From an uncultured Candidatus Peribacteria bacterium (GTDB lineage: Bacteria > Patescibacteriota > Gracilibacteria > UBA1369 > 2-02-FULL-48-14): a stretch of 64,000 nucleotides of DNA. Location: positions 2,155 through 66,154 of the forward strand of contig CAZROM010000002.1 of assembly GCA_964601715.1 (NCBI GenBank), given 5' to 3'. The number at the start of each line of letters is the position of its first letter. Position 1 is the first letter of the stretch. The translations under genes and the position numbers were made by a program. The notes under the pieces were generated by a model. It was given only the letters and a program-made list of their open reading frames with translations, made no database searches and was not told the DNA's origin. Shown here piece after piece: positions 54,713-63,795 of this stretch.

Positions 54713-56362
54713 TTAATTGAGTTCCCACTCGGTGATGTTCGAGAGGCGATCTTTGGGCAGCGCGAGTTTTTGGAATTCGATTCCTTCAACCTTAGCGTCC
54801 ACAAGATAGTAGAAAGTGGGAGTGTAAAGGAAGACGGCTGGCACGTCTTCGGCAATGGTCGTGGCCAACTTAGTGAGTAGCTCTTCGCGTTCGCTGTTGT
54901 CAAAGGTGCCTCGGATTTTCTCGATCAAAAGATCGGCACTTGGGTTCTGATAGTTCGATAGATTGAATCCGGCTTCGTTGGCTTGGCTGGAATGCCAGTA
55001 CGCAAAGGTGTCCAGATTGTAACCAAGGCTTTGACCGTAGAGCAGCATGTCGTAGTCGCGAGTTCTGATTTTTTCACTGAGTTCGTCGGCTGGATACACT
55101 TCGATGTTCACTTGAACGCCCACGGCTGCCAATTGAGTTTGAATGAGCTCTGAGGTTTTCTTCGCGACTTCTTCTTGAGGTTCATTCACCCCTGAGAAAT
55201 CACGACGGATCAGTCTGAGTGTGAGCACCGTTCCGTCTTCGTTTGTGCGGTAAGTTTGTCCTTCTTGCATGGCCCAGCCTGTGTCAAACAAGGCGCCCAT
55301 GGCTTCTTCTTGATTCCATTTGTTGATCCATTCTTCTTGGTTCAATTCGAGGAGTGGAGTGTCGATTTGTGTGGCTCCCCCGATTGCAGCAATGATTTCT
55401 TCTTTATTGATGCCTTTGGAAATTCCTAAGCGAGTTTTATTCTTGGTCAGGAAGGGCGAATCGGTGTTGAAGAACAAGGCTGTGTATTGAGGAAGTTCGT
55501 ACTCATAACTGACCACATCGGTCAAATCCATATCCTTGAGCAGGCTCTCCTTGATGCGTCCAGCCCCATGCCAGGTGGATCGGTTTGCGATGAGATCTGA
55601 GATTGTGGGGTAAGCCACGAAACGGATGGTTTCTAGGTTGGGTTTTTCTCCGTAATACTTGTCATTGGCGGTCAAAGTCACACTGCTGCTGCCATCGCCG
55701 TTCATGCTGTAAGGTTCTTCCACGGCATAAGGGCCAGTCCCGATTGGCATTTTGTTGAAGTCGTTCTGGTCAAGATCGGCAACGGCAACATCTCCAAGAA
55801 TGTGTTTTGGCAGCAATCCAACTGTGAGGGAAGTGAAGAAGAAGGAGTTTACTGAATTAAGAGTGAATGTCACGGTTCGACTGTTCACTTCTTCAATTTT
55901 TACCCCGTCAAAATTGGATTTGAGCAAAATATTGCTGAATTCTGGGGATTGAATGACTTCGGCAAAGGTGAAGTAGACGTCATCGGCGGTCACGGGTTCA
56001 CCGTCCTGCCAAAAAATGTCGTTTTTAAGTGTGAAGGTGTAGATCAACTTGTCGTCACTCAAGGTGTGAGAAGCGAGGTCTTCGTCAAAAGTCGCGGTCT
56101 GAGGGGTGTACTTAACGAGACCAGAGAAGATGAGGCTGGAAATGTCCGCATCGGCTTCGCTGAATTCAGTGAAAACAGGATTCAAATGGGTGATTTCCCC
56201 AACGACTCCTTCAGTATAGATTTTGCTTGTATAGCTATTGAAAGTGAAGAAGCTTTGGAAAATAAGCGAAAACAAGCTTCCTAGGAACACTACAAGGAAA
56301 GCTCCTGCCACCCATCGTTCCTTTGTTGAGAAGGACTTTAAGGTTCGAGCGAAGAGATTCAT
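54713..56362 (-). CDS. ABC-type substrate-binding protein, family 5, TM-anchored
   Basis: An N-terminal TM anchor is present. SGLVKY, YTFTLKNDIFWQDGEPVTADDVYFT and GTGPYAV match the family. No permease or ATPase gene is adjacent. Confidence 0.8.
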   Translation of the reverse strand: MNLFARTLKSFSTKERWVAGAFLVVFLGSLFSLIFQSFFTFNSYTSKIYTEGVVGEITHLNPVFTEFSEADADISSLIFSGLVKYTPQTATFDEDLASHTLSDDKLIYTFTLKNDIFWQDGEPVTADDVYFTFAEVIQSPEFSNILLKSNFDGVKIEEVNSRTVTFTLNSVNSFFFTSLTVGLLPKHILGDVAVADLDQNDFNKMPIGTGPYAVEEPYSMNGDGSSSVTLTANDKYYGEKPNLETIRFVAYPTISDLIANRSTWHGAGRIKESLLKDMDLTDVVSYEYELPQYTALFFNTDSPFLTKNKTRLGISKGINKEEIIAAIGGATQIDTPLLELNQEEWINKWNQEEAMGALFDTGWAMQEGQTYRTNEDGTVLTLRLIRRDFSGVNEPQEEVAKKTSELIQTQLAAVGVQVNIEVYPADELSEKIRTRDYDMLLYGQSLGYNLDTFAYWHSSQANEAGFNLSNYQNPSADLLIEKIRGTFDNSEREELLTKLATTIAEDVPAVFLYTPTFYYLVDAKVEGIEFQKLALPKDRLSNITEWELN

Positions 56363-56580
56363 TAGATGAAGTTAAGCGTGATAGAAAGGGCGATGAACAC
56401 AATCAAGAAAACGACTGTGGTGCTAGCCAAAACTTTCTCAGCTCCTCGTTTAGTGGTTTGGTAAGAAGCTCCAGTCCCACCAATGGCTTCACCGAGTCCG
56501 CTGCCCTTTTCTTGGACAAGGATGAGGAGAATAAGGAGAGCTCCAGAGATTTGTTGAGCGATGAGTACTGCTGTTTGCAT
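56362..56580 (-). CDS. secG: Preprotein translocase subunit SecG
   Basis: 72 aa with two TM helices. LLILLILVQEKGSGLGEAIGG is the SecG signature. Confidence 0.85.
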   Translation of the reverse strand: MQTAVLIAQQISGALLILLILVQEKGSGLGEAIGGTGASYQTTKRGAEKVLASTTVVFLIVFIALSITLNFI

Positions 56581-56581
56581 T

Positions 56582-56947
56582 TTAATCTTCTTTTAAGAAC
56601 AAATGAATGATCCAGTTTGCGACGCCAAAGATAGCTGCTGCAAAGAGATAGGTCAAGGGGCTGTCGACGGTCATGCTTAGTCCACTGAAGTCCATGGTGG
56701 TGAGCAAATGCTGCGCCACATACAGAATTAGTGCATTGATGACGATCAAAAACAAGCCACCCGTGATGAATACCAGCGGAAAAGCGAGAACTTTGAGGAT
56801 GGGCTTGAGCACGAAATTCAAGATGCTCACGATCGCTGCAACAATGACGTAGGTCGCGATTCCCCCTTCAAAGATGATGCCATCCAGTACGCGGCTCACT
56901 AAAAAGAGAGCGAGACTGTTGGCAAGAAGTGTGTAAAGAATACTCAT
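56582..56947 (-). CDS. DUF360 / phage-holin-4_2 family membrane protein
   Basis: ANSLALFLVSRVLDGIIFEG...ILNFVLKPILKVLAFPLVFITGGLFLIVINALIL. Confidence 0.6.
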   Translation of the reverse strand: MSILYTLLANSLALFLVSRVLDGIIFEGGIATYVIVAAIVSILNFVLKPILKVLAFPLVFITGGLFLIVINALILYVAQHLLTTMDFSGLSMTVDSPLTYLFAAAIFGVANWIIHLFLKED

Positions 56948-56956
56948 AAGGCGTGG

Positions 56957-59900
56957 TTAGCATTTCTTTACAGCGAGTGTACCAGTGAATTCGTCGATTT
57001 CGAAGGCTTTTTCGAGATCCCATTCCATGCTGCCACTCATCTGCAAATCTTCAGCGAGGGTTTCACCTTTGATCACATCTGAGAATTTGAGGATCGCTTC
57101 TTCGAGTCCGCCCGAAGTTTTGATCTGGAGTTGAATGCGGTCGCTGACTTCGTAGCCCGCTTCCTTTCGTAGGTCTTGGACCAAGCGAACCACTTCGCGC
57201 ATCAAACCTTCTTGATACAACTCGTCGGTGATTTCGGTGTCGATGGCAACCACGACTCCTTCTTCGGATTCCACGTCGAAGCCTTCTTTGCCTTTGAAAG
57301 CGAGTTCAATTTCTCCTGGAATCAGGGTAAAGCCAGCGACTTTCACCGTGTGGTCGGCTTGTACCTCAAAGTTGCCCGCCTTGGCGTCTTGAATGATTTT
57401 TTGAACGTCCTTGCCATATTTGGGTCCAAGCAGTTTTGCATTGGGCAAAGCGACGAACTCGGCCACTTCCCCAGCGTCTTTGAGGATTTCTAGGTTTTTA
57501 ACATTGAGTTCTTCTAAAATCACTTCTTTTTGCAAGAGCACCACTTCAGGGTTCACGGATTTTGGCAAACCGATGGTTACTTTTGCGAGAGGCTGGCGAA
57601 CGCGAATCTTCTTTTTGGAACGGATGGCATGACCCAAATTCACCACGCGACGTGCGAGGCCGATTTCTTTGTCGAGGTCTTGAGAGATTTGTGCTGCATT
57701 GGGTTTTGGCCAATCGCTGAGATGCACGGATTCTTCACCGGTTAGGTTGCGATAAATCTCATCGGACAAGAATGGCATGAAAGGCGCCAAGAGTTGAGAG
57801 AACTTAACGAGCACCGTGTACAAGGTTTGATACGCCTCGGCCTTGTCTCCATCGTTTTCGGATTTCCAGAAACGGCGACGGCTACGACGGATGTACCAAT
57901 TCGAAAGTTCATCGACAAACTCAATGAGAGGTCGAGTTGCTTTGGTCAGATTGTAAACTTCCATGTTTTCGGTCACTTCTGCAATCACCCCGTTCAAACG
58001 TGAAAGGATCCATTGATCCAACTTGTGAGAAGGAAGGGTTTCTAAAAGTGTTGGTGTGACTTCATCAATGTTAGCGTAGGTCACGTAGAAACTGTAAGTG
58101 TTCCAGAGCGTCAGGGTGAACTTTTTCATCAAGTCTTCCACGTGTTGTTCGGAGAAGCGCACGTCTTCGGCGAGCGGAGCGGTGGAGCTATAAAGGAACA
58201 TACGAGTGGTGTCGACTCCCTTTGCTTCGAACAAAGCGTTGGGATCGGGATAATTCTTTTTGCGTTTGGAAAGTTTTTCTCCGTCGGCTGCGAGCAAAAT
58301 TCCGTTCACGATCACGTTTTGGAAGGCTGGTTTGTCGAACAAAATAGTCGCAAGCACATGCAAGGTGTAGAACCAACCTCGGGTTTGATCCAAGCCTTCT
58401 GCGATGAAATTGGCTGGGAAGTTTTTTTCAAATTCCTCTTTGTTTTCAAAAGGATAGTGGAGTTGAGCGTAAGGCATGGCTCCCGATTCAAACCAGCAAT
58501 CGAGTACTTCAGGAATGCGTTTCATGGTTGCCTGACATTTTTGACAAGGCATGGTCACTTCGTCGATGTAAGGTTTGTGAAGGTCGAGCTCGCCGTCACG
58601 TTTTGGCAAAACGCCTCCGCTGCGATTGGAAAGTTCCTCCACGGAACCGATGCATTCTTGAGTTTTGCATGATTCACATTCCCATACTGGGATTGGGCAA
58701 CCCCAGAAACGATTGCGAGAGATGTTCCAGTCTCGCACATTTTCGAGCCACTTTCCAAAGCGGCCCTCTTGAATGTGGTCGGGCTGCCAGTGGATCTTTT
58801 TATTGTTGGCGATGAGCTTATCTTTGATTTCGGTCACACGTACAAACCATGCTTTGGTGGCAAAGTTGAGCAAAGGTGTATCGCAGCGCCAGCAGTGTGG
58901 GTAGCTGTGACGGAAGTTTTCTTTTTTGAATAAAAGGTCTCGTTCTTCAAGCCAAGCGGCTACGTTCTGTTCCTGCCCTTTTACAAATTTTCCAGCGAAG
59001 TCTGTGATTTCTGGTTCAAAAAGTCCAGCCATGTTCACGTGTTGAATGACAGCTATGTTTTCTCTTTTTCCAGCGAGATAGTCGTCTTCCCCATATCCCG
59101 GAGCAATGTGCACTATTCCAGTTCCATCTTCTGTTGTAACGAAGTCGCCGGCAATCACCTTCCAGCAGTTCTCAATGCCAGCGAGGGTAGAGTTTTTATA
59201 GTAATGGAAAAGGGGTTCGTAGGTTTCACCGACTAAACTTGCTCCCTTCATCTCGGAATCGATAGTGTAGCTTCCCTCTTCAAAAAACTTAGCGACTAAA
59301 CCTTTTGCAAGAATGTAGGATTTTCCTTCGTTGCTCACGCGAACATAATCGATATCTGCGCCCACTGCGAGAGCGGCGTTTCCGGGTAAAGTCCAAGGTG
59401 TGGTCGTCCACGCGAGGAAGAACAAGTTTGGATCTTTTTTCGATTGAAATTTAGCTGTTATTGATAGGTCAGTGACATCTTTGTAGCCCAATGAAACTTC
59501 AAAATTGGAGAGTGGCGTTACGCAACGAGGACAGGTGTGCATGGACTTGAAGTCTTGATACACCATTTTCTTGTCCCAGATACTTTTGAAGACCCACCAG
59601 ATGGATTCCATGTAGTCGGAATCGAGTGTTGCGTATGAATCTTCAAAATCCACCCAGCGTCCGATGCGAGTCAGCAACTCTTCCCACTGAGCGGTGTAAC
59701 GAAAAACGGATTCGCGGCACTTGGTGTTGAACTGTTCCACGCCCATGTCCACGATGTCTTTGCGTCCTGAAAGCCCGAGTTCTTTTTCGATTTCGTATTC
59801 CACAGGAAGTCCATGACAATCCCAACCGTTGGTTCGAGGAACGAAATAACCTCGCATGGTGAAATAGCGAGTCACCGCATCTTTGAGAGAGTTCGCCATG

Positions 59901-60076
59901 ATGTGGCCATAGTGTGGAAGCCCGTTCGCAAAAGGAGGCCCGTCAAAGAACACAAATTTCTCGCGACCTTTGCGCTGCTCTACACTGCGATTGAAAATAT
60001 TTGCAGCCTTCCAGTATTCAAGGTGCTTGTGCTCAACGTCAGGGAGATGGGTTTTGGGATCGATGGGTCGGTACAT
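56957..60076 (-). CDS. ileS: Isoleucyl-tRNA synthetase (type 2, long C-terminus)
   Basis: The HIGH-type motif is PPFANGLPHYGHIM, the editing domain follows, and the KMSKS-type motif is KLSKRKKN. Confidence 0.96.
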   Translation of the reverse strand: MYRPIDPKTHLPDVEHKHLEYWKAANIFNRSVEQRKGREKFVFFDGPPFANGLPHYGHIMANSLKDAVTRYFTMRGYFVPRTNGWDCHGLPVEYEIEKELGLSGRKDIVDMGVEQFNTKCRESVFRYTAQWEELLTRIGRWVDFEDSYATLDSDYMESIWWVFKSIWDKKMVYQDFKSMHTCPRCVTPLSNFEVSLGYKDVTDLSITAKFQSKKDPNLFFLAWTTTPWTLPGNAALAVGADIDYVRVSNEGKSYILAKGLVAKFFEEGSYTIDSEMKGASLVGETYEPLFHYYKNSTLAGIENCWKVIAGDFVTTEDGTGIVHIAPGYGEDDYLAGKRENIAVIQHVNMAGLFEPEITDFAGKFVKGQEQNVAAWLEERDLLFKKENFRHSYPHCWRCDTPLLNFATKAWFVRVTEIKDKLIANNKKIHWQPDHIQEGRFGKWLENVRDWNISRNRFWGCPIPVWECESCKTQECIGSVEELSNRSGGVLPKRDGELDLHKPYIDEVTMPCQKCQATMKRIPEVLDCWFESGAMPYAQLHYPFENKEEFEKNFPANFIAEGLDQTRGWFYTLHVLATILFDKPAFQNVIVNGILLAADGEKLSKRKKNYPDPNALFEAKGVDTTRMFLYSSTAPLAEDVRFSEQHVEDLMKKFTLTLWNTYSFYVTYANIDEVTPTLLETLPSHKLDQWILSRLNGVIAEVTENMEVYNLTKATRPLIEFVDELSNWYIRRSRRRFWKSENDGDKAEAYQTLYTVLVKFSQLLAPFMPFLSDEIYRNLTGEESVHLSDWPKPNAAQISQDLDKEIGLARRVVNLGHAIRSKKKIRVRQPLAKVTIGLPKSVNPEVVLLQKEVILEELNVKNLEILKDAGEVAEFVALPNAKLLGPKYGKDVQKIIQDAKAGNFEVQADHTVKVAGFTLIPGEIELAFKGKEGFDVESEEGVVVAIDTEITDELYQEGLMREVVRLVQDLRKEAGYEVSDRIQLQIKTSGGLEEAILKFSDVIKGETLAEDLQMSGSMEWDLEKAFEIDEFTGTLAVKKC

Positions 60077-60132
60077 AAGCGGTGATTAATGTTTGAAGTT
60101 TAAAGAGGGACGGACTGAGAAACAAGAGATTT

Positions 60133-60156
60133 AAAAAACCTCGCTGGGAGCGAGGG
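60133..60156 (-). terminator. Intrinsic terminator inside the ileS 5' leader (attenuator candidate)
   Basis: On the minus strand the sequence is CCCTCGC-TCCCA-GCGAGG followed by TTTTTT, 56 nt upstream of the ileS ATG. A second GCGAGG at 60177-60182 can pair alternatively with CCTCGC. Confidence 0.55.
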
Positions 60157-60279
60157 AATTTGTTTAAACAAAATATCCTCGCTTAAGTGCGGGGAATAAT
60201 AATTGTTGAGTTGAGGCAAGTGTTTCTCACGACCCAGTTATACCTTGGTTTCTATGATTCGTCTAGCTAGCCATTCAAA

Positions 60280-61656
60280 ATGGATTTTTTCAAGAGTGGT
60301 TTTATGGTAGCTTCAGATCACTTAAATTTGCCTATGCGCCACTCACTCGTTCACCCTTCTGCCTACCTGCTTCGTTACGAAATTCGCGAGATTGTGGATT
60401 TTGTACAACAACTGACGGAGCTCGATCCAACGATGAAAATTGAAAATGAAAACATTGGTGACCCCATTGCGAAGGGTTGGCCAGTGCCTGCTTTTATGAA
60501 GGAATTGATCAAGCAAGAAGTGGATAAACCGGGTGACGCGGTGTTTGGTTACACTCATTCTCGTGGTGCGATTCCCGTTCGCAAATGGATTGCGGAATAT
60601 TCGCGTCGTTTTTCTCCCAACAGTGAGCTCGATTACGAAGACGTACTTGTGACCTCTGGTCTTGGTGCTGCGATTTCAATGATGTACCAAATGCTTCCCA
60701 AAGGTGCACGCATTTTGCAACCTTCCCCTGCTTATCCAACGCACGGAGCTTTTGAATCTTTCTCGGAAGGGGAAGAGGCTCTGACTTATAAACTCGACCC
60801 TGACAATGCGTGGGAACCTGATTTGGCGGACATGGAGAACATGATCGTTCAGCACCCGGAAGTGGCGGGAATTTTGGTCATCAATCCCAACAATCCAACG
60901 GGAGCCATTTACAGTGCAGAGACTTTGGAGAAAATCGTTCAACTCGCTGAAAAGTATCAACTCATGATTCTTTCGGACGAGATTTACTTCCGCATGGTTT
61001 ACAACGGATTCACCTTCCCTCAAATCACGGAGATTGCGAAAAATCGTGTGCCCCTTATTGTGATGCGTGGTCTCTCAAAAGATGTGCCTTGGCCGGGAGG
61101 ACGCAGCGGTTGGGTGGAATTCCACAACGTGAATTTGGATGCCGATTTCAAAAAATACGCCGACAGCGTGAAGCGTCGCGCCTTGCTTGAAGTGTGTTCC
61201 ACACATTTGCCACAAGTCGTGATGCCCAAGGTTTATGATCATCCTGAATTTGCGGCTTGGCTTGCTGCCAACAACCAACTTTTGGAGCGCAACAGCCGCG
61301 TGATCACCGAAAAGTTAAAGGCTGTGAAAGGTCTAAAAGTCAACGCCACGAATGGAGCCTTCTACATGATGCCAATTTTTGAAGAAGGAGTTTTGAAAGC
61401 TCACCAAACTTTGCCCATCGCCAATGAAGCGGTTCGCACGTTTGTGGAAGAAAAAACAGCCGATCCTGACATGGCACTCGATAAACGTTTTGTTTATTAC
61501 CTCGTGGCAAGCACGGGAATTTGTGTGGTTCCTGCCACCGGCTTCTTCAGCCCTTACTATGGCTTCCGCGTGACAACCCTAACTCGCGACCCAGCACGCC
61601 TGGATGCGATTTATGCCACGCTCGCGAAGGCTATTGAACAGTACTTGGCGAGCTAA
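60280..61656 (+). CDS. Class I/II PLP-dependent aminotransferase (alanine-aminotransferase-like)
   Basis: INPNNPTG, SDEIY and the PLP-lysine region RGLSKDVPWPGGRSGW are present. Confidence 0.8.
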   Translation: MDFFKSGFMVASDHLNLPMRHSLVHPSAYLLRYEIREIVDFVQQLTELDPTMKIENENIGDPIAKGWPVPAFMKELIKQEVDKPGDAVFGYTHSRGAIPVRKWIAEYSRRFSPNSELDYEDVLVTSGLGAAISMMYQMLPKGARILQPSPAYPTHGAFESFSEGEEALTYKLDPDNAWEPDLADMENMIVQHPEVAGILVINPNNPTGAIYSAETLEKIVQLAEKYQLMILSDEIYFRMVYNGFTFPQITEIAKNRVPLIVMRGLSKDVPWPGGRSGWVEFHNVNLDADFKKYADSVKRRALLEVCSTHLPQVVMPKVYDHPEFAAWLAANNQLLERNSRVITEKLKAVKGLKVNATNGAFYMMPIFEEGVLKAHQTLPIANEAVRTFVEEKTADPDMALDKRFVYYLVASTGICVVPATGFFSPYYGFRVTTLTRDPARLDAIYATLAKAIEQYLAS

Positions 61657-61657
61657 C

Positions 61658-61685
61658 TTGTCATTTCTAGAATTTATACTATAAT
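61658..61685 (+). promoter_or_regulatory. Sigma70-type promoter giving a (nearly) leaderless transcript
   Basis: TTGTCA (61658-61663), a 16-nt spacer, then TATAAT (61680-61685). The ATG at 61693 is only 7 nt after the -10 box. The inverted repeat CTAGAATT (61667-61674) / AATTCTAG (61683-61690) straddles the -10 box. Confidence 0.5.
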
Positions 61686-61692
61686 TCTAGCT

Positions 61693-62241
61693 ATGACTCA
61701 TTTAGATTCTCCTGATCTCAATTCTAGAGATTTACTGTCTGCTTATCTTAAAAGACGACAAAAAATGGGTAATTCTCGTTTTGAAGCAGCCTGCCTCAAA
61801 CTAGGCAATGTCCCTCCTTTCTCGTATTTTAATGAGATCGGCTCAGAAGAAATACTGATCTTTGTGGGGCATTTGCTTTCAATCAACACGTATAATGATT
61901 TTGAGCGCCTTTTTACTGAATTTAAAGCTAAAGCTGAGGAACAGTTGCTTATACGTGTCGATAGGTCTGCCGTTCAAGGCACGCTAGGTTCAGTGAAAAG
62001 ATCAAATTCTTTAAGGAGGGATCTGACTATTCTTGAAGAATCCAGTCTTCCATTTGATGAACAATCGTGGACTCTTTATTTGGAAGAATTGCTTGAAATC
62101 GTTGCATCACTTCTTTCTCAAACTCCCGCTCATTCTCAGTTTTCTTTTGAACTGAGCCAGGATCTCGATGACTGTTTTGTTGATTTAGCAAGAGTTTTTC
62201 CTGAGTTGACTCAGTCCGATGGAGATTGGGGGTCAACCTAA
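61693..62241 (+). CDS. Hypothetical protein (182 aa), ORFan
   Basis: ATG-initiated ORF in an AT-rich stretch. No motif was recognised. Confidence 0.5.
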   Translation: MTHLDSPDLNSRDLLSAYLKRRQKMGNSRFEAACLKLGNVPPFSYFNEIGSEEILIFVGHLLSINTYNDFERLFTEFKAKAEEQLLIRVDRSAVQGTLGSVKRSNSLRRDLTILEESSLPFDEQSWTLYLEELLEIVASLLSQTPAHSQFSFELSQDLDDCFVDLARVFPELTQSDGDWGST

Positions 62242-63792
62242 GCTCTTCCTCATCACGGCGGCTTCCACCAAGTCTTCTTGAAAGTCGATGCCCATGGCAC
62301 GCTTGAGGATGATGTTGGAGGTCAGGTTGCGATGCAGAGTGTGATGAGGTTTTTGGGGGCCCAGCTCGATGCCTAAAATTTCTTCGGTGAGGCGGACGTC
62401 TTCCAGCAACTCTTTGGCCCACTCCGCGGGGGCTTCGGTTTCGGTTCCTTCGGCGAACTTGATCAAGTTTTCAATGTTGAGAAATTTGCCTGCGTGACGA
62501 AGCTCTGAGCGCATCGTGAAAAAGTGCTCTTCCAACAAAGGTAAAAGGCCCTGCTCTTTGGCTTGCTTGAGCGCGCGTCCAGTTCCAATGAATTCGGGTG
62601 GAACGCCAAGAGAATAGCACGCTCCTGTGAAGGTGATGGCGCGGGGCAATTTGATTTCACCCACTCCTCGGTTGTAGCCAAAAAGTCCGATGTGCTGAAC
62701 ACGTTCGCGACGGCTTGGGATGTGCTTTGCCATTTCGTTGATGAGTGGAGCGAAGGCTTCCAAAGTTGGGCGGTAAACACTTTTGAAGAGTTGGATGAGT
62801 TCTTTCAGTTTTTCAAAAGTGGCGTCGTCGAATTCGGGAGCCTTTTTTTTAGGCAGCTCGTCAGCGATGAACTTGAGTGCCTTTTGAACTTCTTCTTGCG
62901 GGTAATCGTAGCGGAAAGCGGATTGAATCGAGATGGTTCGCACACCTTCGTATTGAGGAAGCACTTTTTCAATGTTTTCAGGATTGATTCCTCCACGGAA
63001 TGGGAGTGAGCCGCTACCGATGATCGGATACATGGGGATGCCTGTTTCTTTTTCGAGACGAGCGATTTCGCGGAGCGCGAGGCGCGACGCGAGGACCGCG
63101 GGCACGAACCCTGCGTTCAAGGCGGGGTCTGAGCGTGCGATGAACACACGAAGGTAAGGAGGATCTTTTTTAAAATGTTCTTTGTGGAGTCGCAGAAATT
63201 CTTTTAAAACTGTGGCACAGCCTGAAAGGTCGTCCACGCTTTCGAACAAAGGCACAATGTGAATGTAACCTTCCCCGAATCGATTGCAGTCGCTGCCCTC
63301 TTCTTCGCAGAAAATTTGTTCGTGAAGTTGCGCTGTTTTTTGGAAGGTTTTTTGAATATGAATGAGCTGATCCGCGGACTTGGTCATGGGCAAAATGAGC
63401 TCAAACACGGGCGGCGTCTTCAGGTTCAAAGACTTCATGAACTCCCCCGCTGAAAGCACGCTCATGTAAGCGCGCGCGAGCTTGAAGGATTTTTCCTCCC
63501 AAATGTTTGGGATGCGCAAAGTGATGAAGCGATCCTTTCCCAGTTGTTCTTTTTGAAAGGCTTCGAAGTATTTCGAAAGCAAACGTTCGATCATTCCTTC
63601 GTCGGCGAACTTACCTTCCCAGTCCCACATGTAGTCGTCGCAACCCAAACCAAAAAAACTTTGATAAATCTCTTCCACCTCTTTGTGCGTGTTGATGAAA
63701 GGATTGTCTGTCCAAAAAGGCGCGCTGGCATTGTCGGGATGCTGCGTGGCCATGAGGGCCGGAATCTTACGAGATTGAATGGGGTTGAACAT
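62233..63792 (-). CDS. ppcA: Archaeal-type phosphoenolpyruvate carboxylase (PepcA family)
   Basis: KIPALMATQHPDNASAPFW at the N-terminus is the hallmark of the ~520-aa archaeal-type PEPC. The length of 519 aa fits. Confidence 0.75.
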   Translation of the reverse strand: MFNPIQSRKIPALMATQHPDNASAPFWTDNPFINTHKEVEEIYQSFFGLGCDDYMWDWEGKFADEGMIERLLSKYFEAFQKEQLGKDRFITLRIPNIWEEKSFKLARAYMSVLSAGEFMKSLNLKTPPVFELILPMTKSADQLIHIQKTFQKTAQLHEQIFCEEEGSDCNRFGEGYIHIVPLFESVDDLSGCATVLKEFLRLHKEHFKKDPPYLRVFIARSDPALNAGFVPAVLASRLALREIARLEKETGIPMYPIIGSGSLPFRGGINPENIEKVLPQYEGVRTISIQSAFRYDYPQEEVQKALKFIADELPKKKAPEFDDATFEKLKELIQLFKSVYRPTLEAFAPLINEMAKHIPSRRERVQHIGLFGYNRGVGEIKLPRAITFTGACYSLGVPPEFIGTGRALKQAKEQGLLPLLEEHFFTMRSELRHAGKFLNIENLIKFAEGTETEAPAEWAKELLEDVRLTEEILGIELGPQKPHHTLHRNLTSNIILKRAMGIDFQEDLVEAAVMRKSLG

Positions 63793-63795
63793 GGA

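Noticed and set aside
54703-54903. The track ORF gives rplI a 67-codon N-terminal extension.
   Set aside because: L9 homology begins at MKVILTS (ATG at 54702). The extension overlaps the 3' end of the upstream SBP gene in another frame.
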